Shown here: positions 19,093 to 29,128 of the stretch, piece by piece
How positions within the stretch are numbered: the first letter of the stretch is position 1
Layout of the letters: each line of letters opens with the position of its first letter
From: Myxococcota bacterium
Lineage (GTDB): Bacteria; Myxococcota_C; UBA6777
Assembly: GCA_023150835.1 (NCBI GenBank)
Contig: JAKLKB010000014.1
Location: 1 to 64,000, forward strand
Direction: 5' to 3'
DNA: 64,000 bases
Program-made: the position numbers and the translations under genes
The notes under the pieces: generated by a model
Seen by the model: only the letters and a program-made list of their open reading frames with translations
Databases searched by the model: none
What the model was told of the DNA's origin: nothing

Positions 19093-20760
19093 TTATCTTT
19101 GATTTTTGGGTGCCACCGAACGTCGATAGAGCTGCCAAGGCCCAACGTGGTACCACAAACGATACGGAAACGCCGAATGCCACGCGTAGGCCGAAGACTC
19201 TTTGCGCAGCAGGACAAACGGATAGGCGTACCCAAAGCGCACGTCATCAAAACGGCTCCAATCCCACTCAAAGTCCCGAGGCGTGGGAGGCAACGCCAGA
19301 TCAGCACGCATTTTCACAGGGATATTCCAAAAAAATCGAGGAAACGTCACGGCCAAAACACCGCCTTTTTCGGCTTGGATGTACGCACCAAAATGCAGAT
19401 ATGGTGCTGTCCTCATCCACGATCCTCCCCGATCCACCGCAATATACAGCAATCTTGAACGCGGCGGGATCGCGATCATAACCTTTTCAAAAGACCGAGC
19501 CTCCCGATCAAATCCCCACAAATGATACCAAGCTGTCGCGATGCTCATCCCTACAATCAGGCACAAGATCCCCATCCATCCGCGCCCGATGCGCTCGCGT
19601 GAAACACAAGCACCCAACAACGGCAACAATGCACAAGCCAAGAATAAATGGCGAAAATGTAAGAACTTTGCCGTTTTTGTGTGCGCTGGTAAAACAAAAT
19701 ACAATAGCAGGTTCAACAACGCATACACACAAAGAATCCGACCCCATCGCCGACGCTCCGCTACGTTCGCCGCCTGTTCTCCTTCTGTTTCACGCTCGGC
19801 GTTGTTGTACTCTGCTTTGTTCTCTCCCACCGCAACGTCCCGAAATCCTTCGCCTCCCCCCCCACTCCATTGCCTCCGATCGAGCGAATCGTCCGAAGAA
19901 TCGGCCTCTTTTCGCCAAACTCTCCAAACCAAGCCCAAGACACCACACACCCAAACCAACAACAACAACAACTCACTCGGATCGCGATATCCGCCCAACA
20001 ACGCATCGGGAAGATGACGCAACCGAAACCCCAACGAACGCATCCCCAACGCCCCATATCCCGTAGCACCCGACTGAAACAGCAACCATAACCCTCCAAG
20101 CAGCCACATCGGAAACAACCACACCACACCACGACGCGCCACTTCGCGCTCACCAAAACACCACGACAACACCAAAGCCCCCGCCAAAAACGCCATCCCG
20201 TACACATGCGTCAATGCAACACACAACCCCAACGCCAGCGCTACACACGGACTCCACCTCCCCACAACGCGCCGCGATAACCACGCCCACAAAACCAACA
20301 CCAGACCCACCGCCAAAAGAAAATTCACAAACCCCCAAAAAAAGGGCCGACTATACACCAGCGGGTACGTCAACAAGACCCATCGCGGATCTCCCCCACG
20401 CACCGATAAAAAAGCCCAGACCCCCAGCGGATACGACAGCAAAGACAAAAAAACCACCAACCTCCCTGAAAACTCAAGCGAAAAAACAAAAGAAAAAAGA
20501 TATGTCAATGCGTATGGTCCCCAATAAAGTGTACGCCAACCATCCAACATATAATAAGAAGAAAAGTCGAAAGATGGTTCTCCAAAATGTTTCAAAATCG
20601 AAACCACCGCCAAATGTTGCGGATGATCCGTCATCGGCAAAAAACGAAAAACCAAAACAGGCAACAACAACAGCCACACACTCGCCAACAACCCCACTCG
20701 CCCCCAGACCCAATGTTTTTGTTGCATCGATCCTCTCCACGCTTTTCTCAACACACCCAC
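19093..20760 (-). CDS. Polytopic membrane protein, probable GT-C fold glycosyltransferase
   Basis: About 10-11 hydrophobic segments; first-loop motif LPMTDHPQHL; FFWGFVNFLLA; soluble C-terminal domain. Confidence 0.55.
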   Translation of the reverse strand: MGVLRKAWRGSMQQKHWVWGRVGLLASVWLLLLPVLVFRFLPMTDHPQHLAVVSILKHFGEPSFDFSSYYMLDGWRTLYWGPYALTYLFSFVFSLEFSGRLVVFLSLLSYPLGVWAFLSVRGGDPRWVLLTYPLVYSRPFFWGFVNFLLAVGLVLVLWAWLSRRVVGRWSPCVALALGLCVALTHVYGMAFLAGALVLSWCFGEREVARRGVVWLFPMWLLGGLWLLFQSGATGYGALGMRSLGFRLRHLPDALLGGYRDPSELLLLLVWVCGVLGLVWRVWRKEADSSDDSLDRRQWSGGGGEGFRDVAVGENKAEYNNAERETEGEQAANVAERRRWGRILCVYALLNLLLYFVLPAHTKTAKFLHFRHLFLACALLPLLGACVSRERIGRGWMGILCLIVGMSIATAWYHLWGFDREARSFEKVMIAIPPRSRLLYIAVDRGGSWMRTAPYLHFGAYIQAEKGGVLAVTFPRFFWNIPVKMRADLALPPTPRDFEWDWSRFDDVRFGYAYPFVLLRKESSAYAWHSAFPYRLWYHVGPWQLYRRSVAPKNQR

Positions 20761-20854
20761 TCACTCGCCTTACAACAACGGACCGCCCACACAGGCCAAA
20801 ACAAACGCTCCCTCGCGCAACCCACAACATCCGATCTTTCCACACCAACTCCGA

Positions 20855-22591
20855 TCAATGCAACGGCGGACGGCGATCTTTTCTCAGCCGACAACTTCGC
20901 TCTAACCAACGATATTTCACGTCATCGCTGCCTTGGTGTCCCACACAGTGCTGTTTTTTTTCCGCAATCTCCGTCGGGAGTGGCCACCGCAACGGGCGAA
21001 ATCGAAAGTCCACAGGCGGGTGCGCGATGTGCTTTGTATGATGACACCACACATACACCGCTCCTTTCGACTTTTTCGCAAACAGCACGATCTCGCCAAT
21101 TCGCTTTTCTTCAACAAATCCTCGATGTTCGAGATATGTACGAAAATAGGGTGACGCTCCCTCTCTCCACACGATATGCGTGACATGGCGATCCAGCTCT
21201 TCAACCCCCAGCCAATCAGGCAAACGCACACCATACATCGGGATCGGACGATGTAAAAAAGTATAACCGCCCGAAAAGGCCAACGAATTGACGGCCATCC
21301 ACACAGCCTTGATATCTTGGCGAAAAAAAATCTCCTTCGCCATCACCAGATCCGCACGACGCTCCAAAAAACGAAACGGCAAGTATGTGATCCGCCCTTT
21401 TGCACGCAAAAGATCCCACTGCCTCGCATCGTAAAGCTGATCTTGACTTGGCAGACGATTCAAGATCCCCAAGATCGCCACCACGCCAAGCCCCACTCCC
21501 ACCACACCCCGCACCCACCGCGCAGAAACGCCCAAACAAAAAGCCCCCAACAACAGCCACAACGGGATCGCCGTAAAAACAAAGCGATATTCCTTGTGCG
21601 CGATCAAACTGTGCGGTACCACCACCAACAACACACCCATCAACACCACCCAGCCCCACACAGGCCGCAGCACCAACACCAACAACAACACCACACCGAT
21701 CATCCCAAGGCTTGCAACACCCAATCCCCACAAAAAATACCAATACGGTTCCACACCAAACCCGCTCGCCACACCATGCGCCACATTAAATTGCACTCCC
21801 GCAAGATACGAATGCCACCATCCCCCCCATGTCACCGCATCCAACGCTCCCACTCCCAACAACACCACGCTCGACGCTGCACACAGATGCAAACGCACAC
21901 GCCATGATGCCGATGCCATCGCAAATACCGCAACCCCCAACACCAACGGAGCCAATTGCACACGCAACCCCAAACACGACCCCAAACACAAACCCACTCC
22001 CCACGCCCTTTTCACGGACTTCTCGTCCCACCCGATCCCCAACGCCAAAAACAACCACCCCGTCGCCACCATCCCCGGCAACGGCTTGTGCGCGAACACC
22101 ACCAACTCATACCAAAATCCACCCAACAACAACGCCCAACACGCCGCCTTTTCCCCACCATAGCGCCGCGCAAACATCATCATCCCCACAGGAATGCTCA
22201 TCGAAAAAACACAAAAAACAAACTTGATCCAAAACAAGTAAATATCGGGTCGATCCCACCCCAGCGCCTTCAACGGCCACAACAACACCGCGATGCTCCC
22301 CGCCAACAACCAAGAGCGCGTCCCATAACGATACTCCCACGGCACGATCCCATACCCAAAAACCACCCGATGCCCTTGCTCTAGGTACTGAAACACTTCG
22401 TCAGGATGCAACAAAAAGTCCCCCACCCAAGCCACCCACACACGCAACACAAACGCCAGAACCAACAAACCAATCATCCCAAACTTCGCATCCAACGCAC
22501 GTTCCCTTTCCCGTTCACAACCACCCAAACGCTCTACATCCACAGCATCCGCACACATCCGCCTCAACAAAAAATCTTGCGTTCTTTTCAA
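20855..22591 (-). CDS. PIG-B/Alg9-like mannosyltransferase (GT22-type GT-C)
   Basis: HPDEVFQYLEQGHRVVFGYGIVPWEYRYGTRSW; HSLIAHKEYRF; multiple TM helices; start uncertain. Confidence 0.78.
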   Translation of the reverse strand: MKRTQDFLLRRMCADAVDVERLGGCERERERALDAKFGMIGLLVLAFVLRVWVAWVGDFLLHPDEVFQYLEQGHRVVFGYGIVPWEYRYGTRSWLLAGSIAVLLWPLKALGWDRPDIYLFWIKFVFCVFSMSIPVGMMMFARRYGGEKAACWALLLGGFWYELVVFAHKPLPGMVATGWLFLALGIGWDEKSVKRAWGVGLCLGSCLGLRVQLAPLVLGVAVFAMASASWRVRLHLCAASSVVLLGVGALDAVTWGGWWHSYLAGVQFNVAHGVASGFGVEPYWYFLWGLGVASLGMIGVVLLLVLVLRPVWGWVVLMGVLLVVVPHSLIAHKEYRFVFTAIPLWLLLGAFCLGVSARWVRGVVGVGLGVVAILGILNRLPSQDQLYDARQWDLLRAKGRITYLPFRFLERRADLVMAKEIFFRQDIKAVWMAVNSLAFSGGYTFLHRPIPMYGVRLPDWLGVEELDRHVTHIVWREGASPYFRTYLEHRGFVEEKRIGEIVLFAKKSKGAVYVWCHHTKHIAHPPVDFRFRPLRWPLPTEIAEKKQHCVGHQGSDDVKYRWLERSCRLRKDRRPPLH

Positions 22592-22709
22592 TACGTTGTG
22601 CTATGGTGAACACCTGTAAAAGACCTAGCGGCGGACGAGAAACCCCAAACAAAGCACCCATCGCCGAGCTAGAACCAAGTCCCGTATCCTACGCGAAGGA
22701 GGTCGCTTT

Positions 22710-23831
22710 ATGCAACGACAACGCTTTTGGCTTGTATGCTTTTTTTCCCTGTTTTCGGCTCTTTTGTTGACTTCATCCGCTTGTAGCACCGGTCCTGCCG
22801 AAGATCCCATCAAACTCCCAACCTTCCTCACCGAAGAATACAACGAGATCCCCACCGACGGTCGCACCCTTTGTTCTCGCGGCGGAAAATACGCCTTCTT
22901 TGTTCGCAAAGGCAGCGTCAACAAGGTCGTGATCGACTTTGAGGGCGGCGGCGCTTGTTGGAACGCCTTCACTTGCTCGATCAAAGATGCCATCTTCAAA
23001 GACAGCATCGACAACGTACGGAAACTTCTCAAGGATGGCTACGACAAAGGCATCTACAACACCAAAGACGAGCGTAATCCATTCCGCAACTGGTACCATG
23101 TCTTTATCCCCTATTGTACAGGCGACTTGCATTGGGGCGACAACGACGTGGAATACACCACAGACAAAGGCGAAAAGTTCACCATGCGCCATCGCGGCGC
23201 AGTCAACGCACGCGCCGCACTCGATTGGGTGAATGCGAACTTTAGTAAGCCCGAGGATATCTTTATTACGGGATGCAGCGCAGGTTCGTATGGTTCGATC
23301 GGTTGGTCGGGGCATATCGCAGAGCATTACAAAAAATCCAAGATCTACCAAGTCGGCGATTGCGGCGCAGGCATCGTCACGCGTTCGTTTATGAAAGAAA
23401 GCTTTCCTTCGTGGAAAGCCGAAAAAGTCATCCCCACATGGATCCCGGGCCTTGCCCCCGACAAGTTCGATATCACCGAGCAAGATCTCGGCGTCCTTTA
23501 CATCAACGTCGCGAATCACTACAAAAACCATCTCTTCGCCCAATACAACACGGCCTACGACGAGAACCAATTGTTTTACTTCAACGCGATGGGCGGCGGA
23601 AACAAGGACGAGTGGAACAAACAGATGCGCACGATGATCGACAAGATCAAAACATCAGCCCCGAACTTCCGCAGCTTTATCGCCAAAGGCCAAAAACATT
23701 GCGTCGTCCCCTACGAAGAATTCTACACCTACGAAGTCAACGGCACCAAGTTTCACCAATGGGTGGCCGATCTCGTCAGCGGAAAACAAGTGCCCCACGT
23801 CTCTTGCGAAGGCGAATCCTGTAAGCCCTAA
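22710..23831 (+). CDS. Pectinacetylesterase/Notum-family hydrolase, lipoprotein
   Basis: Lipobox SSAC; FEGGGACW; NPFRNWYHVFIPYCTGDLHWG; nucleophile elbow GCSAGSYG; HC near the C-terminus. Confidence 0.88.
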   Translation: MQRQRFWLVCFFSLFSALLLTSSACSTGPAEDPIKLPTFLTEEYNEIPTDGRTLCSRGGKYAFFVRKGSVNKVVIDFEGGGACWNAFTCSIKDAIFKDSIDNVRKLLKDGYDKGIYNTKDERNPFRNWYHVFIPYCTGDLHWGDNDVEYTTDKGEKFTMRHRGAVNARAALDWVNANFSKPEDIFITGCSAGSYGSIGWSGHIAEHYKKSKIYQVGDCGAGIVTRSFMKESFPSWKAEKVIPTWIPGLAPDKFDITEQDLGVLYINVANHYKNHLFAQYNTAYDENQLFYFNAMGGGNKDEWNKQMRTMIDKIKTSAPNFRSFIAKGQKHCVVPYEEFYTYEVNGTKFHQWVADLVSGKQVPHVSCEGESCKP

Positions 23832-23834
23832 CCA

Positions 23835-24062
23835 CCGCCTTTTACGCAACGAATACGCACGTCTACCGCCTCTTTCACCACGAACACACGCATCTACCGC
23901 CTCTTTCACCACGAACACACGCATCTACCGCCTCTTTCACCACGAACACACGCATCTACCGCCTCTTTCACCACGAACACACGCATCCACCGCCTCTTTC
24001 ACCACGAACACGCACGTCTACCACCTCTTTCACCACGAACACACGCATCCACCGCCTCTTTC
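23835..24062. repeat. Tandem repeat, about 7.3 x 31 bp (ccgcctctttcaccacgaacacacgcatcta)
   Basis: Copies at 23835, 23866, 23897, 23928, 23959, 23990, 24021 and a partial copy at 24052; begins 3 bp after a stop codon; no spacers. Confidence 0.95.
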
Positions 24063-24206
24063 TCTGTTCTTCGCATCCTTTCTCGTTCACGCGGCACGCC
24101 GATCTTGCACCGCTCGATCACCCGCACTATACTCTGCCGCGATCAGGGACACCCCATCGCATCCCGTCCACAAACCCCCATCAGACGGGGAACACAGGAG
24201 GCACCC

Positions 24207-24917
24207 TTGCCACGAAAAGTCGCACCTGACGATCCCACACGGATCTATCAAAACGATATCTTCGAACGTATGTCGCGCTCGCATCCCTACGAACCCCTGT
24301 TTGCTTTTATCCCCACCATCCTTGGGCTTTCGATCTGGATGATCGGCTGGAGTCCGATGGCTTGGTATGTGAACCTTGGCTTGATTTCGATCGGCTTGTT
24401 TTATTGGACTTTTATGGAATATATGCTCCACCGCTATCTTTTCCATTACGAAGCCAAAAGCTCGATCGGCAAGCACATCATGAAGCTGATCCACGGCATC
24501 CATCACCAATTTCCCAACGACACTGATCGTCTGGTGATCCCGATCGGTGCGTCTTTTTTGTCTGCGCTCGCCTTTACGTTGATTTATTACACCCTCACAG
24601 GCGGCAACCTTTGGGCAGTTCTCCCTCTTTTCATCGGAACTGCCTCTGGGTATCTGAATTACGACTGGACGCACTACGCAACCCATCACGTCAAACCCCG
24701 CTTCTCATGGGAAAAAACGCAGCGCCGTCGCCACATGCTCCACCACTTCAAATATCCCGATGCCTGTTTTGGCGTAAGTACGGGCTTGTGGGACTGGGTG
24801 TTTCGGACTCGCGAGATCGATGCTGAAAAAGCCGTAGCAACGGGCAAGATGCGCGCTTATCCAAGCGAAAACTGGAAGATCCTTGACAATACACCCAACC
24901 CTAGCGAACACGCATAA
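24207..24917 (+). CDS. Fatty acid hydroxylase / sterol desaturase family (FA2H/Scs7-like)
   Basis: His boxes EYMLHRYLFH, HGIHHQFP, YDWTHYATHH, HMLHHF; FGVSTGLWDWVF; TTG start after caggagg. Confidence 0.88.
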   Translation: MPRKVAPDDPTRIYQNDIFERMSRSHPYEPLFAFIPTILGLSIWMIGWSPMAWYVNLGLISIGLFYWTFMEYMLHRYLFHYEAKSSIGKHIMKLIHGIHHQFPNDTDRLVIPIGASFLSALAFTLIYYTLTGGNLWAVLPLFIGTASGYLNYDWTHYATHHVKPRFSWEKTQRRRHMLHHFKYPDACFGVSTGLWDWVFRTREIDAEKAVATGKMRAYPSENWKILDNTPNPSEHA

Positions 24918-25160
24918 TACGAAATCCGCCCGTTGTGTGATCGTAAAAATGTAGGGTCAACCCCCCGTGGCTGCCCTAGAATAGGGCGGTTCGCGAACCG
25001 CCCCTACATCATGCGATCATACCTTACGCGGAGATCGTATCATACGAAATCCGCCCGTTGTGTGATCGTAAAAAGGTAGGGGCAGCCCCCTGTGGCTGCC
25101 CTAGAATAGGGCGTCTACAGCGAGTCGTGTAGACGGATCACACGTCTCTCGGATATCAGA
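24918..25160 (+). mobile_element. Two tandem copies of a REP-containing MITE-like element
   Basis: Copies 24918-25039 and 25043-25160; each begins tacgaaatccgcccgttgtgtgatcgtaaa, carries a GTAG-initiated hairpin and ends with an imperfect inverted cgga.atc.ta. Confidence 0.7.
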
Positions 25161-26234
25161 TTATACGGCGACCTGCGGTGCGGTTTCAGAAACCAAAGCA
25201 GCGGGGATGGGACGTGTGCGTACACGAAGAAAGGCCATTAATTCTTCTTTGGTTCGGGAAGGTTGGCCGACATCCACATAAATCTCTGCGAGTTTATCGT
25301 AGCGACGGAACATCAAAAGCCCCCAGACACCGACAAAATCGATCCCATGAAAAACGATCGCGTCTTCTTTCGCGTATTGATCGAGGCTTTCTTCGAATTC
25401 CACAGGAAGCTCTGTCCAATGGCGACCGGGTTTGAGATGGTGTCCGATGTGGTAGCCGTCATTAAAGCACCGCTGGTTATAGCGGGAATTGATCGATGTA
25501 ATGCTGTTGCGGTAGCAATTGGCCGGATCTGCGGGGTCAATAAAGGCGTGTTGTCCCCAATTTCCAGCCATCATCACAAAACGGCAGATCAGAAAAGGGA
25601 TGATCCAAACCACCAACGTAGCGTAAAAGTTCACAAAAGACATCGCGATCACAAAGGCATAAAAGCCCAACTCACCAATCAACATCAAGCGCAACATTTT
25701 GAGGTGACCGCGTTTGTAGTGGTAGCGCGCCATCTCCAAGACCGAGAAAAAGAAGAAGCGCAAAAAATAGCGAAGGAAATGCAAGGGGTTGTCGCGTTCA
25801 AAGCGCATTGTAGAACTCAGGTCGTCGGGAAGATTGTTCTCGGGATGGTGCATACCGATGTGATGGGCGTAATAGGTCTCAGGCGTCTCTCCAAAAAAGG
25901 GACTCAAGACCCAAGGGATGTAGTGGTTGAGCAGCGCATAATCCCGAGTAAACAAGCGTCGATGGCTGGTGTTATGAAGCATCAAGATAAAGCGATCCAT
26001 AAAGAAGAAGACGTTGAGGATCAGATACGCAGCCCCAAGCCACCAACGAAAGACACCCGGGATGTAAAGGATCGCAGCAAAGGGCAAGATCAACACGGTG
26101 GCTTGAAGGCAAAATTGCGCGAAGGGTAGATCGCGTGGATCTTTGATCATCGACAGCAAAGCCCGATCGATGGGACCATAATGCTCTTTGGGTTCATAAC
26201 GCGGATCATCGATCCGAAGGGGTGGGGTGGCCAT
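25161..26234 (-). CDS. Membrane fatty acid desaturase family protein
   Basis: His boxes HNTSH, HHIGMHH, HIGHH; GNWGQHAF; TM segments. Confidence 0.85.
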   Translation of the reverse strand: MATPPLRIDDPRYEPKEHYGPIDRALLSMIKDPRDLPFAQFCLQATVLILPFAAILYIPGVFRWWLGAAYLILNVFFFMDRFILMLHNTSHRRLFTRDYALLNHYIPWVLSPFFGETPETYYAHHIGMHHPENNLPDDLSSTMRFERDNPLHFLRYFLRFFFFSVLEMARYHYKRGHLKMLRLMLIGELGFYAFVIAMSFVNFYATLVVWIIPFLICRFVMMAGNWGQHAFIDPADPANCYRNSITSINSRYNQRCFNDGYHIGHHLKPGRHWTELPVEFEESLDQYAKEDAIVFHGIDFVGVWGLLMFRRYDKLAEIYVDVGQPSRTKEELMAFLRVRTRPIPAALVSETAPQVAV

Positions 26235-26358
26235 GCGCTGCTCCTATTCTTTCGAGAACCATTTTGCGGCGCGCAATCCTAGCGAAACCCCTTCCATTGG
26301 TCAAGCAAAGCGCATATCCCCCGCCTCTTTTGCCTGTCTCTACCGAATCCCGCGATCT

Positions 26359-26892
26359 CTACCGCAACAACGAAGCGATATCCACTTGAAAAGAAAGGTC
26401 GATCTCGTCTTTGAGCTGCAACAAACCGAAAGGCGCTTTGTACGGTTCGATCCCCAAAGCAGCGTGAGAGATCCGCGCTTTTCCTGAGACCATCGTCGCT
26501 TTTTGTTGCAACGGGATCTGCAACGCACAAGACCCTTTGCCCAAACGCAACTGGCCGCTCAAAAGCCAGTCCTGCCCGCTATGTTTGAGCGTCCCTTCAA
26601 AAGTTAAGGGAGACTTGAGATGGCCTTTGATATTGCTTTTGATCTCCGCCTTGTCTTTTTCGGACAAGCTTTCTGGACCCAATACGACAAATGCCGCTTC
26701 GGAGGCGCGCACAGAAACGCGGATATCTGCCGATTCGCTCGGATGTTCGACGTGGATCGCAAAATCTTCGACCGACAACAACAAGTCGTGACCAAGGCGT
26801 GAAAAAAGCCCTTGCTTCCATGTGTTCAGGTGTAGCCAACCCTCTTTCGGACCCAGATCAAAAACACCTACAGCCACTGTTTTTTCTGCCAT
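26359..26892 (-). CDS. YceI-like lipid-binding protein
   Basis: GLFSRLGHDLLL N-terminal motif and LGIEPYKAPFGLLQLKDEI C-terminal motif; beta-rich. Confidence 0.65.
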   Translation of the reverse strand: MAEKTVAVGVFDLGPKEGWLHLNTWKQGLFSRLGHDLLLSVEDFAIHVEHPSESADIRVSVRASEAAFVVLGPESLSEKDKAEIKSNIKGHLKSPLTFEGTLKHSGQDWLLSGQLRLGKGSCALQIPLQQKATMVSGKARISHAALGIEPYKAPFGLLQLKDEIDLSFQVDIASLLR

Positions 26893-26990
26893 CTGTTTTC
26901 CTGTTCCTTCAAAGCGGATCATTTCTGATCAACAAAGGGTGATTCGCTCTCCGTTGATGCTCTGCTCCGCGTTGGACAAAGCCCAAACAG

Positions 26991-27593
26991 TCACCGTCCA
27001 GCGCGGTTGTAGCGTTCTAGCACAAAGAAACTCACAAACACAGAGAGGGGGCCGATCTGTGCGTAGGCTTTTCCAAGCAAAAGGTCGGGATCATCGGGCA
27101 AAAGCTGAACAACAAAGTCTTTCAAGACTCGCCCGGGATGCAAAGGCGAGCCGATCGGACCGCGTTGGTAATCCAGCAACAGCGCATCGCGATGGGGTTC
27201 GAGTCCTCCGCCTGTATAGGGCGTCACCAAGAAATATCCGTGGCGAAAGGCATCGAGTTCGTTGGGCAAAGCGAGGTGCGGATCGCGCATCCCGTTTTGA
27301 CGCACCGACACGTTGTAGCCGATCATCTCGCCTTCTGCGTGAAGGCCCGATTGAAAACAAAAGCCTTTGCGAAACTTGCGGATCATCAAGGGGCGAGTCA
27401 GCGGGTTGGTATTCCATCCGCGAAACTCCCACCCATCGAGCGATTCGAGCGGAGGATGGGTGCCTTGTGCAAACAGCCGCTCCAGCTCTGTGTTGCTCAT
27501 CTGCGCCAAACGATAATAAGTCAAATAACGATGCAACACCCCAGCCCGTCGGGAAGTTTGGGGGATCGATTGCGATGTCGAAGCGTTCATCAA
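26991..27593 (-). CDS. Hypothetical protein in the GMC oxidoreductase operon
   Basis: 200-aa ORF 11 bp downstream of the GMC gene; ELERLFAQG...LDGWEFRG...LLLDY...LLLGKAY. Confidence 0.7.
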   Translation of the reverse strand: MMNASTSQSIPQTSRRAGVLHRYLTYYRLAQMSNTELERLFAQGTHPPLESLDGWEFRGWNTNPLTRPLMIRKFRKGFCFQSGLHAEGEMIGYNVSVRQNGMRDPHLALPNELDAFRHGYFLVTPYTGGGLEPHRDALLLDYQRGPIGSPLHPGRVLKDFVVQLLPDDPDLLLGKAYAQIGPLSVFVSFFVLERYNRAGR

Positions 27594-27604
27594 ACAAACT
27601 CCTC

Positions 27605-29116
27605 TCAGGCTGCATAGCGTTCAGCCATCTCCAGCGCTGCGCGCCGTGAGAAGGCCATAATCGTTTCTTGGGGATTGCTCACCGTACCTGTGGGCAAGAT
27701 ACTTGCGTCACAAACATACAGATCACGGATATCGTGCGACTCGCACCAGCTATCCACGACCGATTGACGGGGATCTCCGCCCATCGCACAAGTTCCAAAC
27801 AAGTGCGTGGCGACAAATTGGAAAGAGGTCGGGCGAAAGCGTTTGGTCAATAAGAGTTCACTTTGCGACGGATCGCGCATGACTTTGGGGACACCGTGAC
27901 AGCCCGCATACACTTCTCTCGCCCCTGACGCAAACAGCGCATCGATGCAGGACTTCAAGCCGAAGGCCGTCTCATCGACATCTTCTTGGCGGATCCAAAA
28001 GAACGGCATCGGTTTTCCGCCTGTGCCTTCACGCACCAGACCTGTCGAACAGCCCCGAGCCTTGGTCGCGATCGTCGTGCAGTGCTTAAAGTTTTTGATG
28101 CGCTCTTGGAGTTCGTGTCCAACCCCCGGCAAACGGCCTGCAAAGACCGCAGGCGGCGCCCACAAAGTCTCCATCACAAGACCGCGCTTTTCCATCAGGT
28201 TCGATCCCCATCCTTGAATCGCCCCATACCACGGATACACGGCCTGATCGAAAAAGCCCATCGCCATCACACCGAGGTGAGCGCGCAGATTTTTTCCGAT
28301 CCGAGCATTGCGGATCTTGGCGCGCTGCAACAGCAACGGAGACCAAAAAACACCACCGCTGCACACCACAGCATCGGCGTGGACGATCAATCGGCCTTGT
28401 GGCTTGCGCGTTTCAGGATGCAAGATATCCGCCTCAACCCCGCAAGCACGGCCCTTTTCGATGCGCAAGTGTGTCGCACGACACAACGGATACAGATCTG
28501 CTCCGTTGGTCACAGCGCGCAAGATGTAAGTGGAAGCCATCGTTTGCTTGACGCCTGTGGGGCAACCTGTAAAGCAGTCGCTCGCTCCTTTGCAACCTTT
28601 GACCACCCGCTGCAAAGGATGACTGTCCCAACCAAGTCGCTCAAAACCCCGTTTCAAAAGCAGATTCTTTTCCCCCTGCGTGGGCATCTGCGACGGTTCC
28701 ATCCCCATCTCTTCTTCGAGCACTTCGTAATGCTCGTCCATCTCGTCGACGGTCAGATCCTTGAGTTGGCGATCTTCGATCCATTCCTTCAAGATCCGCT
28801 CGGGAAGGCGCTTAAAGATCGCCGAGTTGATCTCCGAAGTTCCGCCAACACACTCGGCTTGCAACATCGTCACAAACGCATTGCCCACCGCTGCGTTGGC
28901 TCCGCTCTCCGAAAGAAAGCGTTGCATAAATTCCCCGATATCACGGGTGGATTCACTCGCTTTCAATCGCGGTCCTGCTTCCAACACGATCACATCCACA
29001 CCGCGCATCGCCAACTCTTTCGCAACCACCGCCCCTCCCGGGCCTGAACCGATCACACACACCTGCGTTCGGCGCTCATGTGTTCCTTGCAGCGCCTCTG
29101 TCTTTTGCATCGCCAT
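27605..29116 (-). CDS. GMC-family FAD oxidoreductase
   Basis: VIGSGPGGAVVA; VGGTSEINS; CKGASDCFTGCP; HLFGTCAMG; LYVCDASILPT...NPQETIMA. Confidence 0.92.
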   Translation of the reverse strand: MAMQKTEALQGTHERRTQVCVIGSGPGGAVVAKELAMRGVDVIVLEAGPRLKASESTRDIGEFMQRFLSESGANAAVGNAFVTMLQAECVGGTSEINSAIFKRLPERILKEWIEDRQLKDLTVDEMDEHYEVLEEEMGMEPSQMPTQGEKNLLLKRGFERLGWDSHPLQRVVKGCKGASDCFTGCPTGVKQTMASTYILRAVTNGADLYPLCRATHLRIEKGRACGVEADILHPETRKPQGRLIVHADAVVCSGGVFWSPLLLQRAKIRNARIGKNLRAHLGVMAMGFFDQAVYPWYGAIQGWGSNLMEKRGLVMETLWAPPAVFAGRLPGVGHELQERIKNFKHCTTIATKARGCSTGLVREGTGGKPMPFFWIRQEDVDETAFGLKSCIDALFASGAREVYAGCHGVPKVMRDPSQSELLLTKRFRPTSFQFVATHLFGTCAMGGDPRQSVVDSWCESHDIRDLYVCDASILPTGTVSNPQETIMAFSRRAALEMAERYAA

Positions 29117-29128
29117 CTTTTTGCTCCC

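Noticed and set aside
23835-24062. 31-bp repeat array as a CRISPR array
   Set aside because: Units are directly adjacent with no unique spacers, and there are no cas genes in the window.
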